DNA from: Candidatus Saccharimonadales bacterium
Lineage (GTDB): Bacteria > Patescibacteriota > Saccharimonadia > Saccharimonadales > Saccharimonadaceae
Length of the DNA: 64,000 nt
Assembly (NCBI GenBank): GCA_044340745.1
Contig: JBIISZ010000005.1
Location: forward strand, 795 to 64,794
Reading direction: 5' to 3'
Position 1 is the first letter of the stretch, and every line of letters begins with the position of its first letter. Under the pieces are notes generated by a model. The model ran no database searches and was not told the DNA's origin. It saw only the letters and a program-made list of their open reading frames with translations. Below are positions 29,400-38,880 of the stretch, in pieces. The position numbers and the translations under genes are program-made.

Positions 29400-30287
29400 T
29401 TATTTGGCGTAGCCGTTCAGAAACGCCGCTGCGTCCATGAGCTTGCCGCTAGGGCTGATGAGTTCCTCGATACGTACATAACGACCATCGCGACACTTGA
29501 TATCGAGTACTGTTTCCGCATCGGTAACGATATGCGCCTTAGTGATGACGATCTGGTGACTAAGTACGGTCGCTTTCGTCTTTGGAAAAACAAGATGAGC
29601 CCGAACTTTACGTTCTGCTTGTTCGGCGCTGAGCTGCGAAAAGTCAGGGTGGGTATCGTCTTTCGTCAGCAGCTGACAGTAGGTCGCGGCCGCATCATTC
29701 TGCGGCGTAGGCAGAAGCGTGCCGTTCATGATGCCTGGCAGGGCAAGAGAGAGTTCCTGCGCGCCTAATTCACCAAGCTGCGCTTCAAGCTCAGGTGCGG
29801 TTTCGATATCGAGTAACGGGACGGTGACCTGGCTATAGATTGGTCCGGCATCCATGTCTTTTGAAAGCTGCATGATCGTAACACCGGTTTCGGTGTCACC
29901 GTTAAGGATAGCGGTCTCGATAGGGGATGGCCCACGGTATTTCGGAAGTAATGACGGGTGGACGTTAATAATACCCGGGGTAAATAAGTCGATGATCGAC
30001 TGCGGAATGATGCGCCCGTAGCTGACGAGGACCCCGATAGGATCTTTGACCGTTTCGATGTGCTCAGCTAAAGCAGCAATCCGCAGGGGCTGCCATACCG
30101 GAATCCCATTCGCTTCCGCGATCTCTTTGACAATCGGTTTTACGAGGTGCTGCCCACGGCCCTTACGGGCGTCAGGCTTCGTGACAACCGCACCGATAGT
30201 AAAACCCTTGGCGATGAGCTCGCGGAGCGATGCGGCGCTGAATTCGTCAGTCCCAAAGAATATGATTGTCTTTGATGTGTGTATCAT
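29400..30287 (-). CDS. fmt: Methionyl-tRNA formyltransferase
   Basis: IIFFGTDEFS, VVTKPD, INVHPSLLPKYRGPSPI, DMDAGPI. Confidence 0.95.
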   Translation of the reverse strand: MIHTSKTIIFFGTDEFSAASLRELIAKGFTIGAVVTKPDARKGRGQHLVKPIVKEIAEANGIPVWQPLRIAALAEHIETVKDPIGVLVSYGRIIPQSIIDLFTPGIINVHPSLLPKYRGPSPIETAILNGDTETGVTIMQLSKDMDAGPIYSQVTVPLLDIETAPELEAQLGELGAQELSLALPGIMNGTLLPTPQNDAAATYCQLLTKDDTHPDFSQLSAEQAERKVRAHLVFPKTKATVLSHQIVITKAHIVTDAETVLDIKCRDGRYVRIEELISPSGKLMDAAAFLNGYAK

Positions 30288-30822
30288 AGTCGAGTGGCTC
30301 CAATTCACCCTTATCATTCAACCGGTAAAAGGCTTTTACGTCGTCTTTGATGTGATCGATGAATACGATGCCGTTGGTGTGGTCGATTTCGTGTTGGATG
30401 ACGCGCGCCAGGAAGCCCTCAGCTTTGAAGCGTACCTCTTGGCCTTCAAGATTAACAGCTTTGACGCGGATCTTGCTGTACCGAGGTACTTTTCCGTAAA
30501 CATCTTTCACGCTGAGGCAACCTTCGTAATCGGCAACTAATTTGCCTTCGTATTTGACAATCTCCGGGTTGATCAGCGCGGTGAAGTCGTTCGTTTCCTT
30601 GTCGTCAAAGTCGCTGCGGACGATGACAACCTTTTGCAGCGAATCAATCTGCACTGCCGCTAATGCAGCGCTGATTTCGTGGGGGCGGGATGCTTCCCAA
30701 TCAAGTGCTGCTTCCGTCATTTCATCGATCAGTTTCAGTGTCGCTTCATCAAGGTCGCGGACTTTGGCTGATTTTTCACGCAGGTGCGCGTTCGGCAGGG
30801 TGATGATATCGTCTTTGGTCAT
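30247..30822 (-). CDS. def: Peptide deformylase
   Basis: LAAVQI, EGCLS, QHEIDH; ATG at 30822 follows TGCTATACT by 8 nt. Confidence 0.95.
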   Translation of the reverse strand: MTKDDIITLPNAHLREKSAKVRDLDEATLKLIDEMTEAALDWEASRPHEISAALAAVQIDSLQKVVIVRSDFDDKETNDFTALINPEIVKYEGKLVADYEGCLSVKDVYGKVPRYSKIRVKAVNLEGQEVRFKAEGFLARVIQHEIDHTNGIVFIDHIKDDVKAFYRLNDKGELEPLDYDTHIKDNHILWD

Positions 30823-30869
30823 TAGGAAACAGTATAGCAGAGGTCGGAAGGCTGAAAAACCCCTTAGCG

Positions 30870-31421
30870 TCAACTCACGTCGTTTTGGGCTAGCGCATCC
30901 GTATATTCGGTGACGAGAAACTGTAAATGTTCGAAGTAGGCCGGATCGCCGTGGTATTCTACGCGGTCCTCCAGGTTCTTGTAAGCGACTGCCACGGGCG
31001 CTTGGTGTTTCCTGCGTTTCTCATCAAGCAGGCTGCCGGGTTCCGGCGTCTTGTCGGAGCCGTATTCCAATAGATCGTTGGCAGTGCTGACCGCGCCTGG
31101 TTTCACGCCGGTGGCGTCGATGACATACACGGCTTTGCCGTCGGTTTCATTCGTATAAACAGGCATAACCGCGATCCGCTCTTTATTACGGGCGTAGTTA
31201 GAGAGGCGTAGGTCGCTTTCTTCTATCTTACCCGCTACATTAAGCCAGATCTGTTCAGTCTTCCTGTCGTAAGTAAGGCGGTTGGCGTAAAGGTAGGCGA
31301 TCGTACCGGGAAGCAAGCTTTCGATTGTCTCTTCACGAAGGTATTCAGGTAAGCCTATCTTCGGGGTAGGGATTTCGATGCTCGGTGGGAGATGTTCTTG
31401 ATGGGGTTTCGGAGCGTCCAT
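30870..31421 (-). CDS. Hypothetical protein
   Basis: 183-aa ORF filling the gap between priA and def, with its own -10 TATTAT 6 nt upstream. Confidence 0.65.
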   Translation of the reverse strand: MDAPKPHQEHLPPSIEIPTPKIGLPEYLREETIESLLPGTIAYLYANRLTYDRKTEQIWLNVAGKIEESDLRLSNYARNKERIAVMPVYTNETDGKAVYVIDATGVKPGAVSTANDLLEYGSDKTPEPGSLLDEKRRKHQAPVAVAYKNLEDRVEYHGDPAYFEHLQFLVTEYTDALAQNDVS

Positions 31422-31425
31422 ACTT

Positions 31426-33369
31426 CTATAATAAACTCCCTGGGTCTAATTCGCTCTGCCAATGTGTCGGTGGAAGCAAGGCAAGGGCCTGTACGAGCGC
31501 ATCGCGCTTCGTACTTTTTAGGATCAATTGCCAGCGGTAGGTGTCATGCTGACGCTCGTAGAAGGCCGGTGTCGGGCCTAAGATAGAGACCTCTTTAGGA
31601 ATGGTGCGCCGTAACTCGGCGGCAAGCGCTTTCGCATTGCGGATGGCCGCCGCTTCGGTCTTGTAGACGTCAGTGAGCTGTAAAAGGTAGCGGAACGGAG
31701 GGAAGCCGGCTTTTTGACGCTCGGCAAGCGCATACTGATAAAACCCTTCATAGTCCTGGGCGAGCCCATAGTCGATAACCGGATGTGTCGGTTGATACGA
31801 CTGGACGACGACGTCAGTGGTGCGTTCGTCGCGACCGACACGGCCTACTACCTGTGCAAGCAGCTGGAAAGCGCGCTCATCAGCGGCATAATCGGGTAGT
31901 GCCAGCCCGCTATCAGCTTGGATGATCGCTACCGTATTGAGCTTCGGAAGGTCGAGCCCTTTGGCTACCACTTGCGTGCCGATAGCGATATCAATCGTCC
32001 CGTCGTAGAGCTCTTTGTATCGCGAGGCTACAGTCTCATCCTTGGTGTTATCGGAATCAAAGCGGGCGATACGCGCCTTCGGAAACAAGCGCCGCAGTTC
32101 ACTTTCGATAAGTTTCGTGCCGATACCTTTATGAATAATATCTGCCGACTGGCACACCGGGCAGGCCGTTGGTACCTTGTCGGAGTATCCGCATATGTGG
32201 CAGCTTAGCTGGAACGTATCGGCATGGAGGATAAGTGGGACGAAACAGCGTGGGCAGTCTGCTGACCAGCCGCAGTTCTCGCACAAAGTCGTACTGGCGC
32301 TTCCGCGTCGGTTATGGAAAATCAATGTTTGTTTACCGCTGGCGATATTCTCGTCAAAACGGTTGATGAGAACATCGGAAAAGAAACGGTGTTTCTTGAA
32401 GTTTTCTCTCTTCTTCATATCGATAACGCGAACGGTCGCTTTAGCTGCGTTTCCCTTTGCGCGTCGCGTCAGTTGGATAATAGGGGAGCCGTGTGCTTCT
32501 GCGACGTAGCGATCAGTGATGAGAGGTGTTGCACTCCCGAAGACGACTCGGGCGTCAGCGAACTTACCGAGCATCGTAGCGGCACGAAGCGCCGAATAGC
32601 GGGGCGCTTGCTCTTGTTTGTAGCTTGGCTCGTGGGCTTCATCAATCACAATCAACCCTACCCGCGGCACTGGCATGAAAAGAGCCGATCGAGGCCCTAT
32701 GGCAATAAGCGGCTGTTCTGCCGCGAGCGCCTGTTTCCAGGCGACGTGCCGCTCTGCTTCGGTCATTTGAGAGTGGGTAACGATGGTATGAGGGAATTCG
32801 TGTGCGAACTCGTCGACAATCTGGCTTGTTAGACTGATCTCGGGTACGAGTACGATGACGGAGTTACCTGCCGCAAGGGTCCGCCTCGCGAGCTCCTTGT
32901 ATACCTCTGTTTTTCCTGATCCTGTGACCCCTTGCAGCAGGGTAGTTGCAGGAGTGGCGTCCATGATCGTGGCGACCGCCGCCGACTGTTCAGCATTGAG
33001 TACAATTTTTGTTCGATCACGGATACTTTCTTGCTCCGCCGACGGGGCTTTACTGCGTCGTTTGACAGTTAGTCCACGGGGGAGAACGGTCTGGAGGACG
33101 GTCGCGAAAGGGGTGCGGTAATAATCACTGATCCATTGACTGAGGCTGACCAAGGCTATAGGAAGCGGACGGTCTTCGATGATTCCGATAATCTCTTTCG
33201 TATCGTAAGGCGGTTTTTCAACTTCCTTTATGACGACTCCGTTCAAGTTCTGTTTACCGACAGGGATAGTTACTAAACTGCCGATTGCAAGGGCGCCTTC
33301 AGAGGCGTACGTGAACGAAGCTTGTCCGGCACGAACAATCTTCGTCGGGGCGACCTCATAAAACTTCAT
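31426..33369 (-). CDS. priA: Primosomal protein N' (replication restart helicase)
   Basis: GVTGSGKTEVY, LVPEISLT, DEAHEPSYKQ, CxxC x4, GTQVVAKGLD, QVVGRVGR. Confidence 0.96.
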   Translation of the reverse strand: MKFYEVAPTKIVRAGQASFTYASEGALAIGSLVTIPVGKQNLNGVVIKEVEKPPYDTKEIIGIIEDRPLPIALVSLSQWISDYYRTPFATVLQTVLPRGLTVKRRSKAPSAEQESIRDRTKIVLNAEQSAAVATIMDATPATTLLQGVTGSGKTEVYKELARRTLAAGNSVIVLVPEISLTSQIVDEFAHEFPHTIVTHSQMTEAERHVAWKQALAAEQPLIAIGPRSALFMPVPRVGLIVIDEAHEPSYKQEQAPRYSALRAATMLGKFADARVVFGSATPLITDRYVAEAHGSPIIQLTRRAKGNAAKATVRVIDMKKRENFKKHRFFSDVLINRFDENIASGKQTLIFHNRRGSASTTLCENCGWSADCPRCFVPLILHADTFQLSCHICGYSDKVPTACPVCQSADIIHKGIGTKLIESELRRLFPKARIARFDSDNTKDETVASRYKELYDGTIDIAIGTQVVAKGLDLPKLNTVAIIQADSGLALPDYAADERAFQLLAQVVGRVGRDERTTDVVVQSYQPTHPVIDYGLAQDYEGFYQYALAERQKAGFPPFRYLLQLTDVYKTEAAAIRNAKALAAELRRTIPKEVSILGPTPAFYERQHDTYRWQLILKSTKRDALVQALALLPPTHWQSELDPGSLL

Positions 33370-33390
33370 CTTCTCAGTATAGCGCTTCGG

Positions 33391-33517
33391 GGCAAAACCG
33401 CCGCATACTCTTGCAGGATAGACTCAAAGCCAAGTGCAGCCCTTGAAATTACATCGCTATGACGTGAATTTCAAGGCGCGTAACGGTCTATCGACAAGAG
33501 TATGCGGTGGTTTTGCC
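33391..33517. repeat. Dispersed ~127-bp long-hairpin element, copy 1
   Basis: 23-bp inverted arms (33391-33413 and 33495-33517); the core 33421-33488 matches the reverse complement of 60499-60566 with two differences. Confidence 0.85.
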
Positions 33518-33540
33518 TGCAGTAATGCTAGAATAAGCAT

Positions 33541-34197
33541 ATGTATTTTGAGAGTCGTGTACAGGCCGGACAGCAACTAGCAGCCGACCTGGTGGGTAAA
33601 TACCGGTATGAGAACTGTGCGGTCGTCGCATTGAGCGACGGCGGTGTCGTCGTGGGTGAGTGGATCGCGGCGACGTTGCACTGCGTTCTGACGATGCTTC
33701 TCGTCGAAAATATCGAGGTTCCGGGTGAAAGTATGAGTTTCGGTGGCGTTTCGCAGACAGGGCAGTTCACGTACAACAGTGAATTTTCATCTGGCGAGAT
33801 TGAGGAATATACTTCCGAATTTCACGGGTACCTTGATGAACAGAAGCGCGAAGCGTTCCAGCGGATCAACCGACTCCTGGGGGATGGGGGGTTGATTGAT
33901 AGGGAATTACTGCGCGATCGGACGATCATCTTGGTCGATGACGGATTTTCCCAAACCGGCATTATCGATGTGGCGCTCGACTTCCTGAAGCCGATCCGGA
34001 TCAATCGTCTCGTCATAGCAGCCCCTGTTGCTTCGGTAGCTGCTGTTGACCAGCTCCATATCGCCGCCGACGAGCTTCATATCCTTGATGTGAAGTCGAA
34101 TTACCTCGATACGAACCATTATTATGCTCAGAACGACGTCCCTTCGCACGAAGATACGGTCGATAAAATAAACAAAATTATCCTGAATTGGCGTTGA
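33541..34197 (+). CDS. Phosphoribosyltransferase-family protein
   Basis: VVALSDGGVVVG and PRPP-binding IILVDDGFSQTG, AAPVAS. Confidence 0.8.
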   Translation: MYFESRVQAGQQLAADLVGKYRYENCAVVALSDGGVVVGEWIAATLHCVLTMLLVENIEVPGESMSFGGVSQTGQFTYNSEFSSGEIEEYTSEFHGYLDEQKREAFQRINRLLGDGGLIDRELLRDRTIILVDDGFSQTGIIDVALDFLKPIRINRLVIAAPVASVAAVDQLHIAADELHILDVKSNYLDTNHYYAQNDVPSHEDTVDKINKIILNWR

Positions 34198-34277
34198 CCC
34201 AGGACTACGAAAAAGTGTAGAATAAAACTCAACAGGTTGAGACAGAGTCCTTTGGGGGACGTAACAAAAGGGGAAGC

Positions 34278-34580
34278 ATGTTAGACGTTTTCATTACATC
34301 ACGGGTACGGCGCAAGATCGTTGTGGTCTATGCCAAATATCCTGATTTCCGCACGCACGTACGCGGCCTCGCGAAGCTGATCAAAGAAGATCCAGGTAAT
34401 ATCCAACGCGAGCTCAAGCGTCTTGAGAAAGTTGGTTTTTTGGCAAGTGAACGCCAGGGAAACACAAAGATTTACGCGACGAACAAGCAATTTCCTATCT
34501 TTAAAGAGCTCCAAAGTATCGTCATCAAATCCCAGCAGCACGCTGCTCGTCCGAAGCGCACTTCATCTGACGTCGCCTAA
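34278..34580 (+). CDS. Winged-helix (ArsR-like) DNA-binding protein
   Basis: HTH-like LAKLIKEDPGNIQRELKRLEKVGFL followed by a wing (SERQGNTKIY). Confidence 0.7.
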   Translation: MLDVFITSRVRRKIVVVYAKYPDFRTHVRGLAKLIKEDPGNIQRELKRLEKVGFLASERQGNTKIYATNKQFPIFKELQSIVIKSQQHAARPKRTSSDVA

Positions 34581-36262
34581 TGTCCTTATTTGACCGCATC
34601 TTACAGAACAGGGGGATATCGCCTGAACGAAGAGCGGTCTTTTTATCCCCTGATTACGATGCGAAACATGACCCTTTCTTGCTTCCGGATATGCAAGCGG
34701 CGGTCGACCGGCTCGCCGTAGCACGCGAACAGCAAGAACATATTACGATCTATGGTGACTATGATATCGATGGGCTGACAGCGACCACGGTACTGCTGGA
34801 TGCGCTGGAACGTTTCGGTTTTGAACATGTTGATGCGTTTATTCCGAACCGGTTTACGGAAGGGTACGGTCTGACGGTTGATGCGATTGAACGGATTGCG
34901 CAGACGGGCGCTCAGCTTATTCTGACTGTCGACTGCGGGAGCCTGAGTCACAAGGAAATTAGCCGGGCGAATGAGCTCGGTATGGATGTTATCGTCACCG
35001 ATCACCACAATGTCGCCCCTGAACAACCCCCTGCGGTCGCAGTGATTAACCCAAAGCGCCTCCTGCAAGACTATCCGAACGAATACGAAAAGCTCCTGTT
35101 AAAACCCGATTCACCACAGAAGGGTAAGTTATATCCGTTTCTTGACCTCGCAGGGGTAGGGGTAGCGTTCAAATTGGTACAAGCGTTGCAAACACGCCTT
35201 GACGGCCTTGAGCCGGGGCAAGAAAAATGGTTGCTTGACTTGGTAGCCTTAGGTACGGTGTGCGACGTCGTTACCTTGGTAGATGAAAACCGCACGATTG
35301 TTTTCTGGGGCTTAAAGGTACTTGCTCGAACCCGTAGGCAAGGCTTGAAAGCGCTGATGTCCGTCGCTGGCGTCCGTCCGGAAACGGTCAACGCGCGAAG
35401 CCTTGGCTTCGGATTAGGGCCGCGCATGAACGCCGCGGGGCGTCTGGAGACGGCAAAGTACGCTCTCGATATGCTGACCGCGACTGATCCTATGGAAGCC
35501 CTCCGACTCGCACGACAACTGGATGAAATGAATCAGGCGCGCCGCAAAGAGCAAGATGAAATCCTCAAAGAGGCGATTCTTCAAGCGGAAACCTTGCTCG
35601 ATGACCCGGTACTGGTTGTCAGCGCGGCTGGCTGGAACCATGGTATCGTCGGTATCGTCGCTGCTAAGCTCCTTGAGCGCTACCAGAAGCCGACTTTTGT
35701 TTTGGCGGAACATGGTGAGGAAGCGAAGGGGTCGGCGCGCAGTTATGGTGATTTCAGTGCCGCCGATGCGATTCGGTCGGCCGATGACATCATTACGAAG
35801 GGGGGCGGCCACAAGCTCGCCGCAGGCGTGACGCTCCCTTCTGCAAATATTGCTGCCTTCCGCAAGCGGGTGAATGAGTTCTACCGGCAGTCAGACCTCC
35901 GAAACCAAACCGATTTACTGTTGCCGATAGCCGATGCCGACGCACTTTTGACCGATATTTCAGAGGCGCTTCTCGCTGAGATCGCTACGCTCGAACCGTT
36001 CGGGAACGGAAATCCGCAACCGGTGCTTCGCAGTGAAGCTTTGGTGGTCACCGGGGTGCGGCGAATGGGCGATAGCGGGCAACATGTGAAACTTTCCGTA
36101 CGGGCAAATGACGGGTCGATTGACCTTTTGGCGTTCAACGCACCGGATCATTTCTTCGTAGAAGTAGGGCAGTCGGTAACGGTATGGTTCGCCCCTGAAT
36201 TGAACGAATGGCAAGGGCGTCGATCCGTCGAAGGTCGCTTACTCCATCTTGAGGTGGTTTGA
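34580..36262 (+). CDS. recJ: ssDNA-specific exonuclease RecJ
   Basis: GDYDIDG, TVDCG, TDHH, LGTVCDVV, PRMNAAGR, GSARS, GGHKLAAG, EPFGNGNP. Confidence 0.96.
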   Translation: MSLFDRILQNRGISPERRAVFLSPDYDAKHDPFLLPDMQAAVDRLAVAREQQEHITIYGDYDIDGLTATTVLLDALERFGFEHVDAFIPNRFTEGYGLTVDAIERIAQTGAQLILTVDCGSLSHKEISRANELGMDVIVTDHHNVAPEQPPAVAVINPKRLLQDYPNEYEKLLLKPDSPQKGKLYPFLDLAGVGVAFKLVQALQTRLDGLEPGQEKWLLDLVALGTVCDVVTLVDENRTIVFWGLKVLARTRRQGLKALMSVAGVRPETVNARSLGFGLGPRMNAAGRLETAKYALDMLTATDPMEALRLARQLDEMNQARRKEQDEILKEAILQAETLLDDPVLVVSAAGWNHGIVGIVAAKLLERYQKPTFVLAEHGEEAKGSARSYGDFSAADAIRSADDIITKGGGHKLAAGVTLPSANIAAFRKRVNEFYRQSDLRNQTDLLLPIADADALLTDISEALLAEIATLEPFGNGNPQPVLRSEALVVTGVRRMGDSGQHVKLSVRANDGSIDLLAFNAPDHFFVEVGQSVTVWFAPELNEWQGRRSVEGRLLHLEVV

Positions 36263-36294
36263 AGTTCCTAAGCGCTTATGCTTAAATGGGGGCA

Positions 36295-37278
36295 ATGAAG
36301 CAGTGGGCTCAAAAACAGACAGGGTTTACTATCGTCGAACTACTAGTCGTCATCGTCGTCATCGCGATCCTAGCCGCTATTACCATCGTTGCATACAATG
36401 GCATTCAAGATAGGGCGAGAGTCTCGGCCTTGTCGAGTGAACTGACACAAGTCGCCAAAGCGGTAGAGACGGCGAAATCATTATCTTCAGCCGAGCGATA
36501 CCCGGCGACGCTCACGAGCGTTGACGGCATAAAATCCGTTCAAGGTCTGAACTACTTCTATAACCAGGCAGAAAATACGTACTGCGTACAAAAAACGCAG
36601 AACGGCGTGACGTACTCGGTCGGGCGACGCTCAGGACTCAGGGAGGGTAATTGCAACCTCAACAGTCTGGTGCGATGGCTCCCATTTAACGGCTCCACGG
36701 TAGACTCTATCGCCGCAGCCAGCGTGGCAGTTGATGGTACGGTCTCATATGTGACCGGCGCAGGTGGTACCGCGAGCGGCGCATACGCGAGTAACGGCGC
36801 GAACCGCCTGAGCTTCACTTCGGCGACAGTACCTTCGGCAGTAAGCCCGGTGACGATTTCCGTCTGGGTGAAAGGCGTCGCTTCGTCCGATTTCGCCTAC
36901 ATTATCCATCGCGGTCCAGACAGCACGATCGGAACCTCCGTATATTGGCTTGGAGTGAACAATAACAATACCTACGGAGCATCGGTTAACGGAGCCTACG
37001 GCCAGGGCGATTCAGGAGTGGTGGCGACGAACACGACGTGGCGACATGTCGTCCTGACGTATGACGGTTCTCGGCAATCTGTCTATGTCGATGGCCAGCT
37101 CCGTACGAGCGCGCCAGTCGCGTTTAACAACCAGGCGACGGGCAATACCTTCACGATCGGTGCAGGTTCTTCGCCGGCTCATCGTCCGTTCGTCGGCTCC
37201 CTGGACGATCTGCGTATTTACAGCCGTGCGTTGACGGCGACGGAAGTCATGAACTTATACGATGTCGGCGCATATTAG
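36295..37278 (+). CDS. Prepilin-type protein with a C-terminal LamG/concanavalin-A-like lectin domain
   Basis: G|FTIVELLVVIVVIAILA; WRHVVLTYDG...VYVDG...GSLDDLRIYSRALT. Confidence 0.88.
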   Translation: MKQWAQKQTGFTIVELLVVIVVIAILAAITIVAYNGIQDRARVSALSSELTQVAKAVETAKSLSSAERYPATLTSVDGIKSVQGLNYFYNQAENTYCVQKTQNGVTYSVGRRSGLREGNCNLNSLVRWLPFNGSTVDSIAAASVAVDGTVSYVTGAGGTASGAYASNGANRLSFTSATVPSAVSPVTISVWVKGVASSDFAYIIHRGPDSTIGTSVYWLGVNNNNTYGASVNGAYGQGDSGVVATNTTWRHVVLTYDGSRQSVYVDGQLRTSAPVAFNNQATGNTFTIGAGSSPAHRPFVGSLDDLRIYSRALTATEVMNLYDVGAY

Positions 37279-37288
37279 CGGGCACCTC

Positions 37289-37317
37289 TTGCAACCCTTG
37301 ACCGTATCTGTTACAAT
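37289..37317 (+). promoter_or_regulatory. sigma70 promoter of rpsU
   Basis: TTGCAA, 17 nt, TACAAT with TG extension. Confidence 0.65.
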
Positions 37318-37328
37318 ACATCACTGAT

Positions 37329-37544
37329 ATGGTACAAGTAACACGTAAAGACGAACGCGAAGCGAACGAAAACATCATTCGTCGTTTCAACCGAAAGGTC
37401 CTACAGAGCGGTGTCCTCGCTGAGGCGAAGGCTTCTCTGCGCTTTTCAAAGCCAATCAGCAAGGTTGAGCGCCGCAAGAAGGCGATCATCCGTAAAGAGC
37501 GTAAGGCAGACAAGCTTGCGAAAGCTCGTCTCGGCGTACGCTAA
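37329..37544 (+). CDS. rpsU: 30S ribosomal protein S21
   Basis: NENIIRRFNRKVLQSGVL...FSKP; basic, 71 aa. Confidence 0.85.
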   Translation: MVQVTRKDEREANENIIRRFNRKVLQSGVLAEAKASLRFSKPISKVERRKKAIIRKERKADKLAKARLGVR

Positions 37545-37553
37545 GGCTGGTCA

Positions 37554-38009
37554 GTGTCTCTAAAGGCACAACTCGATAACGATCTCAAAGCCGCTCTTTT
37601 GGGCGGCGATCGTTTTCGTGCCGATGTTTTGCGTGGCCTGAAAGCTGTCGTTCTGAACGAAGAAGTTGCCAAAGGCCTCCGCGAAGAAGGGCTTGATGAC
37701 GCAGCTATTGAACAACTGATCGTGCGTGAAGTGAAAAAGCGCCTTGATAGCGCACAGCAGTACGAAGCTGCTGGCCGGCCTGAACTCTCCGAAGGTGAGC
37801 GCAACGAAGCGGCAATCCTTGAGGCGTATCTTCCCGAGCAACTTTCTGAAGATGACTTAAAAGTAATCATCGTTGACACGATCAGTGCCTTGGGTGTCAG
37901 TGGTCCGCAGGCGATGGGGCAAGTGATAGGTGCCGTGAAAGGCAAAGTAGGCAACACTGCCGACGGCGGCACGATCGCCCGGTTGGTGAAGGAATCCCTG
38001 AGCTCATAA
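37554..38009 (+). CDS. yqeY: GatB/YqeY domain protein
   Basis: LKAQLDNDLKAA...GRPEL...EAAILEAYLPEQLS...MGQVIGAV...ADGG; follows rpsU. Confidence 0.9.
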   Translation: MSLKAQLDNDLKAALLGGDRFRADVLRGLKAVVLNEEVAKGLREEGLDDAAIEQLIVREVKKRLDSAQQYEAAGRPELSEGERNEAAILEAYLPEQLSEDDLKVIIVDTISALGVSGPQAMGQVIGAVKGKVGNTADGGTIARLVKESLSS

Positions 38010-38010
38010 A

Positions 38011-38037
38011 GAAACGCGCCTTGAGGCGCGTTTTTTT
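38011..38037 (+). terminator. Intrinsic terminator
   Basis: AAACGCGCC-TTGA-GGCGCGTTT followed by further Ts. Confidence 0.8.
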
Positions 38038-38053
38038 GGTATACTAAGTACCA

Positions 38054-38848
38054 ATGAAGCAGTGGGCAACGCAAAAACGATCCGGTTTTACTATCGTCGA
38101 ACTCCTCATCGTAATCGTCGTGATTGCGATCCTGGCCGCAATCACCGTCGTCGCCTATAACGGGATTCGCGAAAGGGCGGAAACATCATCGCTCCATAGT
38201 GCTGCTGCGCAGGCATACAAAAAGATAGAAGCCGAGAAAATCCGAACAGGGGTATATCCAAGCGCCGTCGAAGACGCGGGGGTCATTGCTGCAACGGGAA
38301 GTACCTATGACTATAGGGCATTCGGATATGGTTCATGCGTCGCCGTATCAAAAGGTGACCTCACGTACCATGTGTCGACAGATAACCCTTCGCCAACCAG
38401 CGGCTCCTGTGGGCAGGTCAAAGCTGAGTATTTCAACAACAACAGCTTGAGTGGCACGCCTGTACTAACTCGGTACGAAGATCAGATCAACAACACATGG
38501 GGGACAGGTAGCCCGCAAGCCGGAGTAGTGAATGTCGACTCCTTTTCATCGCGATATACGACATACATCAACCCTCCGGTAACGGGTGCTTATACTTTCT
38601 ATACGGTCATGGATGACGCCGAGCGTCTAACGGTCAACGGTACGGTATTGGTGGATGCTATCACCACCTCATCTCCTTGTTGTGTGACGCGCACCATGCC
38701 TGTCGTCAACCTTACCGCGAACACGCCCGTACCGGTCGTAGTAGAGCACCGAGAGGGTGGTGGCGGTGCTTATATACGGCTGCTTTGGTCGTATACCGGT
38801 CAGACGCAAACCGCCGTCCCGGCATCTGCTTTCCTTCGTAAAGGCTAG
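38054..38848 (+). CDS. Prepilin-type protein with a C-terminal PA14 domain
   Basis: G|FTIVELLIVIV; AEYFNN...INNTWGTGSP...DSFSSRY...YTFYTVMDDAERLTVNG...EGGGGAYIRLLW. Confidence 0.85.
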   Translation: MKQWATQKRSGFTIVELLIVIVVIAILAAITVVAYNGIRERAETSSLHSAAAQAYKKIEAEKIRTGVYPSAVEDAGVIAATGSTYDYRAFGYGSCVAVSKGDLTYHVSTDNPSPTSGSCGQVKAEYFNNNSLSGTPVLTRYEDQINNTWGTGSPQAGVVNVDSFSSRYTTYINPPVTGAYTFYTVMDDAERLTVNGTVLVDAITTSSPCCVTRTMPVVNLTANTPVPVVVEHREGGGGAYIRLLWSYTGQTQTAVPASAFLRKG

Positions 38849-38880
38849 CCTAAACCCTTCTGAACCCGTATCATAAAGGT

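Noticed and set aside
33391-33517. Hairpin element as an integron attC site or SRP RNA
   Set aside because: No convincing RYYYAAC/GTTRRRY R-box pair, no cassette array or integrase, and no SRP GGAA-loop/domain IV motif.
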